The position numbers and the translations under genes are program-made. From the IMG/VR virus record IMGVR_UViG_2806310790_000002: a stretch of DNA of 20,000 nt, one strand, 5' to 3'. This DNA is from an uncultured virus (IMG/VR IMGVR_UViG_2806310790_000002). Its lineage: Duplodnaviria > Heunggongvirae > Uroviricota > Caudoviricetes. The stretch's first letter is position 1. Each line of letters starts with the position of its first letter. Positions 7,828-15,295 of the stretch are shown here, piece by piece. The notes below the pieces were generated by a model. It did not search any database, was not told the origin of the DNA, and saw only the letters and a list, made by a program, of their open reading frames with translations.

Positions 7828-8355
7828 ATGACAAAATTTGAACAACAAAGAATTATAGAAATAGTGCTTTATATCCTTAATAAAACTGGGGGTATGGACT
7901 ATTATCATCTGTTCAAGATATTATATTTTGCCAATCAACGAAGTTTGGTTGACTGGGGACAACTGATGATAGCGGATAAATTTTGTGCTCTTCCCCATGG
8001 ACCAGTACCAACAATCTTGTATAGTACAATACAGGGGCAAAAAAGTGTTCTTTCAAAAATGAAAGACGATGTTTATGTCGTAGATTACTATCTATTATCC
8101 AAACGTGAACCGGATATGGATTATCTTTCACAATATGATAAAGATACGTTAGATTTATGCATCTCCAAATACGGGAAAATGAGTTTTAAGGAGTTGGAAA
8201 GAACTTCTCATACAACTTGTTGGCAAAAAGCGAGAGACAAAAAGGGGAATCATGTTATTGATCCGGGGGATATTGCCCTTGACGGAGGAGCTAATGATGA
8301 ACTTGTAAAATATATTAATGATTCAATAGCATTTGATGAAACCTTCGGAAATTAA
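7828..8355 (+). CDS. Panacea (DUF4065/SocA-like) antitoxin
   Basis: KILYFA, FCALPHGPVP and LERTSH..CW motifs characteristic of the Panacea domain. Confidence 0.9.
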   Translation: MTKFEQQRIIEIVLYILNKTGGMDYYHLFKILYFANQRSLVDWGQLMIADKFCALPHGPVPTILYSTIQGQKSVLSKMKDDVYVVDYYLLSKREPDMDYLSQYDKDTLDLCISKYGKMSFKELERTSHTTCWQKARDKKGNHVIDPGDIALDGGANDELVKYINDSIAFDETFGN

Positions 8356-8752
8356 GATAGGAGATGTATTTTACGTTACGATGAACAAGGCCAATGGAGT
8401 AGTACCAAAACCTGGAGATACCAGCCGTGATAAATTTTTTGTAGTACTTGGTTTTGATAACGATGGAAACGTTTATGGTGGTGTCATTTTTAACTCCTTT
8501 ATTAATATGAATCTGCCACCTAATGTACAAGCAATGCAGCATCTTATAAAAGGGGAAAGTTATAAATTCCTTTCATATGACAGCTACATAGATTGCTCTT
8601 CAATTAAAATAGTGAAAAAGAACAAGCTTCTTAAAAGTACTAGTTTAGGCACATTGGATGAGGAAGATATTACCCTTGTTTGTGATAAGATAAAGAGTAA
8701 TTCTCGAATCAATAAAGCCGAATTAAAAAGATTCGGACTAATTGATAAATAA
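8333..8752 (+). CDS. Putative PemK/MazF-fold toxin
   Basis: KIGDVFYV...RDKFFVVL...SYIDCSSI...LGTL pattern; overlaps the Panacea gene by 23 bp. Confidence 0.7.
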   Translation: MMKPSEIKIGDVFYVTMNKANGVVPKPGDTSRDKFFVVLGFDNDGNVYGGVIFNSFINMNLPPNVQAMQHLIKGESYKFLSYDSYIDCSSIKIVKKNKLLKSTSLGTLDEEDITLVCDKIKSNSRINKAELKRFGLIDK

Positions 8753-8781
8753 AGCCAGACATTACATCTGGCTTTATTTAT
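8745..8781. terminator. Bidirectional intrinsic terminator
   Basis: Perfect 15-bp inverted repeat ATAAATAAAGCCAGA / TCTGGCTTTATTTAT with a 7-nt loop, between convergent units. Confidence 0.8.
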
Positions 8782-8821
8782 TCCAATGCAGTAATAAGGC
8801 AGATTAAAAGCTGAAAACAAA

Positions 8822-8833
8822 ATGTCAAAGAAC
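8822..8833 (-). promoter_or_regulatory. boxA-like antitermination element
   Basis: GTTCTTTGACAT on the minus strand, similar to rrn/lambda boxA (GCTCTTTAACA), 40 nt before the terminator. Confidence 0.5.
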
Positions 8834-8871
8834 GATTTGCCGAATAGGAGTTGAGCCAATCAGCACAGGGT

Positions 8872-9024
8872 TTATTTTTCAAAATCAATTTGCGCAGACA
8901 ATATTTCTAACAAAGCCTGCAATTGTCCAACGATGTAAGGCTTTATATCCTCACTACAATTACTTGTAAATGCAACAAGCTTTTCTGATAGATTATGCCA
9001 TTCTTGCAACTCATTTGGTTTCAT
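8872..9024 (-). CDS. Small hypothetical protein (50 aa, not in ORF track)
   Basis: Hand-translated MKPNELQEWHNLSEKLVAFTSNCSEDIKPYIVGQLQALLEILSAQIDFEK*. Confidence 0.6.
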   Translation of the reverse strand: MKPNELQEWHNLSEKLVAFTSNCSEDIKPYIVGQLQALLEILSAQIDFEK

Positions 9025-9060
9025 AGGTGTCAATCTTTAAAGTTTGTGAAACAGACATAA

Positions 9061-9468
9061 CTACATGTTATTCAAATAATCAGTTACCACTTTAATGAAA
9101 TCGTCAAGAGAACGACAGACAACATATTTATAGCCGTCAGCAGTTATCTTAGCTTCCCATTCTTTTTGAGATTCACGCTGAACTCCCTTTTTAGTCTTGG
9201 TTTCGATTAGCAGTGCTCCATAAAACCGGTTGCTTTTCAAGAGTATTAGGTCAGACACTCCTGGAAGCACTCCTTCGGCTTTTAACTTTGCTCCAGTAAC
9301 AGCGTCTCTTCTTCCACCATTTGGAACGGAGAAAAGATTATGGCGCATGGATGGATATTGTAGTCGGAACCAATTGACCATCGAAACTTGTATCTTATGC
9401 TCTTCATCTTTGGGCTTTCTGCGAATATTGGTTCCACAATATTTAGCTTTCATTTCTTCGTATGTCAT
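9061..9468 (-). CDS. VRR-NUC domain nuclease
   Basis: EH.IQ, VPNGG.R, GV.PGVSDL, IETKTKKG....Q, PD-(D/E)xK core. Confidence 0.9.
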   Translation of the reverse strand: MTYEEMKAKYCGTNIRRKPKDEEHKIQVSMVNWFRLQYPSMRHNLFSVPNGGRRDAVTGAKLKAEGVLPGVSDLILLKSNRFYGALLIETKTKKGVQRESQKEWEAKITADGYKYVVCRSLDDFIKVVTDYLNNM

Positions 9469-10286
9469 AATACCCTAGCAAGTTTAAAATCAAGCAACAT
9501 CAATAACTCATTGAATTTCTCTTTATACCAAAGAGGCTGTGTTTCTTTTGGATTATTAGGGTTGACTTGGTTCTCACCATACGACCGACCGGATTCGGTT
9601 ATTGATTTGAAATGCTTATCTTTGCCTTTTGATGATTTCCTTTTAATATCACATAAGATACCTTTCTGAATCGCTCTTTGATTAAACGCTTGTGCGCTGA
9701 TGGATAAACCCGTTTCTTTGAGCAATTCAGTAGCGGATTTAAGTATCCCATGTGACAGAGTATAATCAGGTGTCGGAAGTCCAAGAGGTGCAGCTACTTT
9801 ACTAATTAAAGACAATTTAGAAGAATCATTTAGATTAAGCACTTCACTTACGCCTTTTACCCATTCAAGGCCAACGCGGACTTTAGTTGTTAGTGATGGT
9901 TCACGTTTGGGTTTGTTCTGGTTTTCGATTACTTTCCGGACGCTTTGGTGGAACACTTGACGATAAACCTCAAACACAGGACGGACTTTTCTCGCGATGA
10001 AGAACTCCATGCAGGAAACTGTAAGTTTGTACTCATTTGTCGGTCTGCCGCCTTTTGGGTTTCCCCCATTTTTGGGGGAAACTTGATAATCAACACCTTC
10101 AATAAACTGACCACCATCTATCAACTCTCTAACGGCATGGTCTTTTCTTGGATAAACCAACATCCAAACTTCATCGAGATTGATTGGAAACTCATTGTCA
10201 GATTTTGACAGTTCAAGAACTGCGTTAAAATAACGCTTGATTTCGCTTTCGCTACTCTCTTTAGATAAGATTAAATTCGTTGCCAT
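9465..10286 (-). CDS. Phage antirepressor (AntA/AntB-like N-terminus, KilAC-like C-terminus)
   Basis: F.EGVDY...GGRPTNEYKLT N-terminal region; SATELL...SAQAFN...ITE.G..YGEN...ETQPLWY C-terminal region. Confidence 0.85.
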   Translation of the reverse strand: MATNLILSKESSESEIKRYFNAVLELSKSDNEFPINLDEVWMLVYPRKDHAVRELIDGGQFIEGVDYQVSPKNGGNPKGGRPTNEYKLTVSCMEFFIARKVRPVFEVYRQVFHQSVRKVIENQNKPKREPSLTTKVRVGLEWVKGVSEVLNLNDSSKLSLISKVAAPLGLPTPDYTLSHGILKSATELLKETGLSISAQAFNQRAIQKGILCDIKRKSSKGKDKHFKSITESGRSYGENQVNPNNPKETQPLWYKEKFNELLMLLDFKLARVL

Positions 10287-10304
10287 ATATTTTAACTTTG
10301 GCTA

Positions 10305-10679
10305 TTATTTATTTCTGGACGCTTCCAAAACTGGAAGGTTTGTTTCCGTTGGTATGTATATCACAGTTTTATCATTCAGATTGCTTTGCTGACGTACCCA
10401 CAAATATTGAATATATGCAGGGGTAATACTTCCATTCTCAATTTTAATCGCTTCGGCAGCACCTTTGGCGCGTTCGATTTCTGCTTGAGCGTTCAGTTTT
10501 TCAGCTTCCAGATTAGCTTTAGCTTCTTCAATCTTTATTTTACGGTTTTGTTCAGCTTTAGCAAATTCTGCCTTTCCAGACATTTCTTGTTGCCAAACGT
10601 TATAATAAGGGATGGCAACAAAACATCCCGCAACAATTGCGGCAAATATGATAGCCGCCAGAATTCCAAATTTATTCAT
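10305..10679 (-). CDS. Membrane-anchored short SPFH/band-7-like coiled-coil protein
   Basis: N-terminal TM helix, AEAE-rich coiled coil, YIQYLWV..VIYIPTE.NLP tail. Confidence 0.7.
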   Translation of the reverse strand: MNKFGILAAIIFAAIVAGCFVAIPYYNVWQQEMSGKAEFAKAEQNRKIKIEEAKANLEAEKLNAQAEIERAKGAAEAIKIENGSITPAYIQYLWVRQQSNLNDKTVIYIPTETNLPVLEASRNK

Positions 10680-10844
10680 AATTTCTAATATTGGGTTTTA
10701 TAGAGCCGCCCAAGGCTCATTTCTGTATTGTAGTTAATTTGTAGTAGATAGCTTATCACATAGAGAGGAACAAATAACACTCACCGTTCCTCTCTTTTAA
10801 ACTAATCTTCAATTATCGCCCAATCTGGCAAATATTCTTCACTG

Positions 10845-11456
10845 TTAATCATCTCCATTTGTATCTGATTTATTGTTAGGGATTACTTTTGTTTTACCTC
10901 CAGTTTTATCAACGATAACCGGTTTGCCACCTACTGTAGTTTCGGTACATTGCCCTTCAGGGAACTTATCAATAAAGCGAACTACTTCTTTATCTTCTGT
11001 TATATTACTTCCCTCTTTGGCTTCAAAAGGGAATACGTCTACAATAGGGGTTTCAGCTACCATGCCGATCTGATAATCTGCCATGGTTCCTTTCATGCCC
11101 TCATCCAGCTTTTTCACAGCATCACGCAAGTCGGCAGCTTGTACCAATACTTGAGTGGAAGTCTTTTTCTCAGCACCGCTTTTTTCATCGAGGGTGATAA
11201 ATACTAATTTGCATTTAAACCAACGGTCTGCTGATTCCTCTTCACTGGGAAATAGCTCGCTGTAATTGGCACGTTTAATGTCTGATACTGTAAATTCTCC
11301 TGTTATAAATGGAGTCATCTCCTCGATAATACGTGCTTCTGCTTCTGTAAAGCTGAGTGCATCTACCAGATAAGGTTCTGTTATTTTTTTCTGCATTCCG
11401 TTTTCCATTACTTTCTCGTAACGGATTTTACATTCAAACCATGTGTGCATTCCCAT
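10845..11456 (-). CDS. DUF4494-domain protein
   Basis: WFECKIRYEK.MENG..KK..E.YLVDALSFTEAEARIIEEM signature of the Bacteroidetes family. Confidence 0.85.
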   Translation of the reverse strand: MGMHTWFECKIRYEKVMENGMQKKITEPYLVDALSFTEAEARIIEEMTPFITGEFTVSDIKRANYSELFPSEEESADRWFKCKLVFITLDEKSGAEKKTSTQVLVQAADLRDAVKKLDEGMKGTMADYQIGMVAETPIVDVFPFEAKEGSNITEDKEVVRFIDKFPEGQCTETTVGGKPVIVDKTGGKTKVIPNNKSDTNGDD

Positions 11457-11458
11457 AA

Positions 11459-11833
11459 TTATTTATCTTTTTTAGGTTCGTCAATATATTTATCCGCAAA
11501 ACGGTCAAGCACCTTGATATACTTGTCCGGAAGCTTCTTTGCCGTATCATTGACCCTGATATAGTCAATCGTACCACCGATACCATAGATATAAAGCAGC
11601 TCCTTGGTCGTCGGAATAAAAATACTCGCCATCACTGCTATTACACCACAGACAACAAAGCGCTTTAACCATTTGAAGAATGTGAGTGCGTCGTTCTTAT
11701 CCTCGATTACATCATCTCCTGATATCAACAAAACAAACAGCATGACTAAGACAATTACCAAAGCTACAATCCATACGAGTGTCAATACAGTGGACAGGTT
11801 ACCAATTACGGTCATCCAATAAATTCCATTCAT
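11459..11833 (-). CDS. Phage membrane protein (2 TM)
   Basis: Probable start MNGIYW at 11833; two hydrophobic helices and a FIPTTKE motif. Confidence 0.8.
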   Translation of the reverse strand: MNGIYWMTVIGNLSTVLTLVWIVALVIVLVMLFVLLISGDDVIEDKNDALTFFKWLKRFVVCGVIAVMASIFIPTTKELLYIYGIGGTIDYIRVNDTAKKLPDKYIKVLDRFADKYIDEPKKDK

Positions 11834-11943
11834 AATGTAAAAAATTAAATTATTAATACTTTCGTCATATATATTTCTTTCTATTCTATTTTGTACCAAT
11901 CCTTGAATTTTCTTCAAGGATTGGCAAAGATTTATTGCTAAAT

Positions 11944-12816
11944 TTATCTCCCAAACACTTCTTTAAACTTACGATCTAAAGCATCCAATATTCGCATCCT
12001 CACAGCAGGATCAGCGGAAAGATTATCAATTGAGTAAATCCTTGAAATCAATTTATCACGAGAACCACAGAAACAACCACATGTATAAAACGGAGCAACA
12101 TTGGGATAATTATGTTTGTACCATAAGTGATTTGTACCCTTGATAGCCACATAGGTCTCTGTGATTATAAACTCCTCATTGGATGATGTATACCCCGGAG
12201 TGTTGGGATTACCCGCGGCACTACTGCGGACAGCCCAGTCGCTATCTTTCGACAACTCGACAAGGGTGTCAGCCGGAGTGTTGGGATTACCCGCGGCACT
12301 ACTGCGGACAGACAGCCAGTCGCTATCTTTCGACAACTCGACAAGGGTGTCAGCCGGAGTGTTGGGATTACCCGCGGCACTTCTGCGGACAGCCCAGTGG
12401 CTATCTTTCGACAACTCGACAAGGGTGTCAGCCGGAGTGTTGGGATTACCCGCGGCACTACTGCGGACATCACAGTGGCTATCTTTCGACAACTCGACAA
12501 GGGTGTCAGCCGGAGTGTTGGGATTACCCGCGGCACTACTGCGGACATCACAGTGGCTATCTTTCGACAACTCGACAAGGGTGTCAGCCGGAGTGTTGGG
12601 ATTACCCGCGGCATTTCTGCGGACATCACAGTCGCTATCTTTCGACAACTCGACAAGGGTGTCAGCCGGAGTGTTGGGATTACCCGCGGCATTTCTGCGG
12701 ACATCACAGTCGCTATCTTTCGACAACTCGACAAGGGTGTCAGCCGGAGTGTTGGGATTACCCGCGGCACTTCTGCGGACAGCCCAGTGGCTATTTAAAA
12801 TTTCATTCTTTTCCAT
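11944..12816 (-). CDS. HEAT-like/LRV repeat protein with C-terminal CGCFxG domain
   Basis: About 7.7 copies of 26-aa DSxxxVRxxAAGNPNTPADTLVELSK followed by a unique domain containing YTCGCFCGS. Confidence 0.9.
   Translation of the reverse strand: MEKNEILNSHWAVRRSAAGNPNTPADTLVELSKDSDCDVRRNAAGNPNTPADTLVELSKDSDCDVRRNAAGNPNTPADTLVELSKDSHCDVRSSAAGNPNTPADTLVELSKDSHCDVRSSAAGNPNTPADTLVELSKDSHWAVRRSAAGNPNTPADTLVELSKDSDWLSVRSSAAGNPNTPADTLVELSKDSDWAVRSSAAGNPNTPGYTSSNEEFIITETYVAIKGTNHLWYKHNYPNVAPFYTCGCFCGSRDKLISRIYSIDNLSADPAVRMRILDALDRKFKEVFGR
12195..12794. repeat. 78-bp coding tandem repeat, about 7.7 copies (one unit 81 bp)
   Basis: Period measured directly (AAGGGTGTC at 12421 and 12499); unit is 44/78 GC, well above the AT-rich flanks. 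Confidence 0.97.
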
Positions 12817-12967
12817 TGTATATTTTATTTTTTAATTTTTTACTTAGTTTTTTAGATTGTCTTGCTTTATCAAATTCGCAAGGCTTCTTACAATATTTAT
12901 CAATTAGCTCTGCACTCTTATCAAGGAGCCGAATAATAGTCTGTACATCTGTTTTGCATACTTCCAT
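12803..12967 (-). CDS. Small basic hypothetical protein (54 aa)
   Basis: Probable start MEVCKTD at 12967 within ORF 12803..13132. Confidence 0.65.
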   Translation of the reverse strand: MEVCKTDVQTIIRLLDKSAELIDKYCKKPCEFDKARQSKKLSKKLKNKIYNGKE

Positions 12968-13238
12968 TGTCTTTAAGTATATGTTTGCGAATCCAAGAGA
13001 AACCACCATATATCCATTTATTTTGTTTACACAATAATATCCTATCAGCTTTGGGATAGAATATAACCCACCCAAATCCTTTTTTAGAAACAATGAATTC
13101 GAATCCAAAATCATTTCGTTGAATAACGTCATATCCTAAAGATTTGATAGCGGGAAGGATTGTGTTTACAAACTGACTATAACGTTCTTCTCTTCTCTGT
13201 TTTACAAATTGTCCGTATTCTTTTCCAGCTTCACTCAT
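12921..13238 (-). CDS. Hypothetical phage protein
   Basis: 105 aa; ATGA overlap with the DUF1351 gene stop. Confidence 0.7.
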   Translation of the reverse strand: MSEAGKEYGQFVKQRREERYSQFVNTILPAIKSLGYDVIQRNDFGFEFIVSKKGFGWVIFYPKADRILLCKQNKWIYGGFSWIRKHILKDNGSMQNRCTDYYSAP

Positions 13239-14152
13239 GCTAATTCTATTTTGTCAAAATCAATACCTTTTGCATTCATAAAATCACCAAGAGCAATGAT
13301 GTTTTCACGAGTAGTGGTAACCTTGAATGCTCTCGTTAATAATTCAGGTTGTTGCGATATGGATTGACTAAAAGGTACTTGTTCGTCAGCTTTTTGATTT
13401 GCTATTGCAAATGGATTGATCGGACGTGATTTGACTTGCTCTACTTCAACAGCTTTACGAGCTTCTTCCGCTTGTTGCTTTTCTTGTTCCGCTTTAATCT
13501 TAGCTTCTTCTGCTACCTTAGCTCGTTCGCGTTGTTCTTTCAGGCGGTTTGCGTATTGAATAGTAGAAGTGATATTAAGCGTGTCCATATAATAAGTGCG
13601 GAGAACATCATAGTCTTCACCAAAACCTTTCAGCGTAGATAGCTCGTTTTCAACCTTAGCAAATATGGCATCAATATCCGAACAAACAGACTTCATGCTC
13701 GCGGATTTGTTGAGCCACTCTGATTTAAATACCTTGTTGAAGTCTACAAGGTTTGCGTTCATTCCATCAAAGTAAGTCTTGATAGTAGATTTCTTCCTGT
13801 CCTTGTATTGCTGCTCGTTTTGTTTGACCACTGTGTCAATCTTGGCAGAACATTCACCTATGAGCTTTACCGTTTCGTTTACTACCTCCTTGAATTCTCC
13901 AAAAGGTTTCATAAACTCCTTCTCTATTTCAAGACGTTTGGAGTTAAGATCTTTAGCAGCTTTGTTGAGAGAGGCTTTATCTCTCTTTGCCTGATCGATA
14001 TTGTCATCCGTATAATTGGATATATCATACTTTGGCAAATTCGCCATTACAATATCTCGGATTTGCTTTGCGTTGGTAGTAAGACTACCTAACGTCTTTT
14101 CACTTACAACCAGTTCTAGGTCTCTTTCTTGGATTGCTAATTGTGTATTCAT
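13235..14152 (-). CDS. DUF1351-family phage protein
   Basis: AKRDKASLNK.AKDL..KRLEIEKEFMKPF.EF coiled coil; usual position next to recombination genes. Confidence 0.8.
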   Translation of the reverse strand: MNTQLAIQERDLELVVSEKTLGSLTTNAKQIRDIVMANLPKYDISNYTDDNIDQAKRDKASLNKAAKDLNSKRLEIEKEFMKPFGEFKEVVNETVKLIGECSAKIDTVVKQNEQQYKDRKKSTIKTYFDGMNANLVDFNKVFKSEWLNKSASMKSVCSDIDAIFAKVENELSTLKGFGEDYDVLRTYYMDTLNITSTIQYANRLKEQRERAKVAEEAKIKAEQEKQQAEEARKAVEVEQVKSRPINPFAIANQKADEQVPFSQSISQQPELLTRAFKVTTTRENIIALGDFMNAKGIDFDKIELA

Positions 14153-14156
14153 TGCT

Positions 14157-14624
14157 CTACATTTTTAAGTTTCTACTAAATTTGTCAGCTATGCGTTCTA
14201 TGGTATCTGCATTTTCTTCGGAAAGCCATTCTTTAGCGACATTCCAAGCTATACTTTTAGATGCTTTGAAATTGTCAATGCGTGTAGAATGATGCGACAA
14301 ACGCCCTTCGGTAGGCTTCAATCCTCTGTCGTGAAGTTCGCATAAGCCATTGTGAAAGAACGAACAATAATCATCGCCCGATGCAATTTGGATCATAGGA
14401 ACTGGGAAATTAATAACTCCCATTATCATTCCGGCTCCCCAAAGAGTGGGGAGTAACCGGTCTGAATAACCTGCATCTATTAATTTTTCAATATCCTGCG
14501 GAGTTCCTAAACATGGAGTATGGCATTGCATTTTACATAATGAACATTTACATTCACATGGCTTTCTACCTGTCTTTCGTATAATTCGCTGGAGTTGAGT
14601 CTCTTTTATTAACAGGTCATTCAT
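14157..14624 (-). CDS. Cys-rich metal-binding protein (YkgJ-like)
   Basis: CECKCSLCKMQCHTPC...CSFF.NGLCELH..GLKP.EG. Confidence 0.7.
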   Translation of the reverse strand: MNDLLIKETQLQRIIRKTGRKPCECKCSLCKMQCHTPCLGTPQDIEKLIDAGYSDRLLPTLWGAGMIMGVINFPVPMIQIASGDDYCSFFHNGLCELHDRGLKPTEGRLSHHSTRIDNFKASKSIAWNVAKEWLSEENADTIERIADKFSRNLKM

Positions 14625-15295
14625 TATTCTATATCAGCTATTTGGTTAATAATGTCGTCCGCCATTCTAATACGATTCTCCATTTCTGCAAAGACCCTTT
14701 CATCAGGTAGTATGTGTACAATATGAATAGGATCTATTTGAAAAGGATTATAAACTACAAAATCAGTACCTTGAGCTCCGGTGCACATCATGTGAGCACA
14801 ACATTGGTAGAAGTATTTAGGATTCATTTCTAACAATGAGTCATTGTCATGAACATCAGATTTGTATCTCATAAATTTGCCTTGATCAAGACATTTGATT
14901 TCCAAACATAATTTGATTTGGCTATCTTCATCATAAAAGAAACCATCAGGACTACTTGCGAAATTAGGAATAGTAGGATGTTTACATGAACCGACTTCTA
15001 TAATATGCAAGCCAGTTTTTTTAGCATAAAGATTACGAGCATATTCCTCTTGCTCATTACCCCACTGCATTGCTTTGGAGTTTACATTTACTTGTTGCAA
15101 GTATATCTCGAATGTATAATCATCATTTATAATATCGGGATCCATAAATCTTTCACCTGCAATTTGATAAATATAAGTTTTGGCGGCATCTGAAAAGCAG
15201 CCATTACGACCACTCTTCATTAATACTCCGCATTCACTTCCTGTGATACATCCTAATCTTTTTCTGTACCATTCAATTGTATGTTGTGCTTCCAT
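14624..15295 (-). CDS. YqaJ/lambda-exonuclease family nuclease
   Basis: EWYRKRLG.ITGS, MQWG.EQE..AR, SSPDG, LEIKC, YFYQ motifs. Confidence 0.93.
   Translation of the reverse strand: MEAQHTIEWYRKRLGCITGSECGVLMKSGRNGCFSDAAKTYIYQIAGERFMDPDIINDDYTFEIYLQQVNVNSKAMQWGNEQEEYARNLYAKKTGLHIIEVGSCKHPTIPNFASSPDGFFYDEDSQIKLCLEIKCLDQGKFMRYKSDVHDNDSLLEMNPKYFYQCCAHMMCTGAQGTDFVVYNPFQIDPIHIVHILPDERVFAEMENRIRMADDIINQIADIE

Noticed and set aside
4548..8818. 15-bp inverted repeat GTTTTCAGCTTTTAA at 4548-4562 and 8804-8818 as invertible-segment ends
   Set aside because: AT-rich, one copy lies inside a coding region, there is no invertase nearby, and roughly one such match is expected by chance in 20 kb of this composition.
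12195..12794. CRISPR array interpretation of the tandem repeat
   Set aside because: Units are contiguous 78-bp in-frame coding repeats; the variable parts are point variants of each other, not unique spacers; no cas genes.
12195..12794. DGR template/variable repeat
   Set aside because: No reverse transcriptase or separate template repeat in the window; differences include G/C and G/T changes, not adenine-specific ones.
12161..13037. Overlapping ORFs 12161..12835(+), 12183..13037(+), 12397..12798(+), 12165..12770(-)
   Set aside because: Shadow frames: a GC-rich unit whose length is divisible by 3 and lacks stops stays open in several frames. Only 11944..12816 gives a known repeat type and fits the operon.
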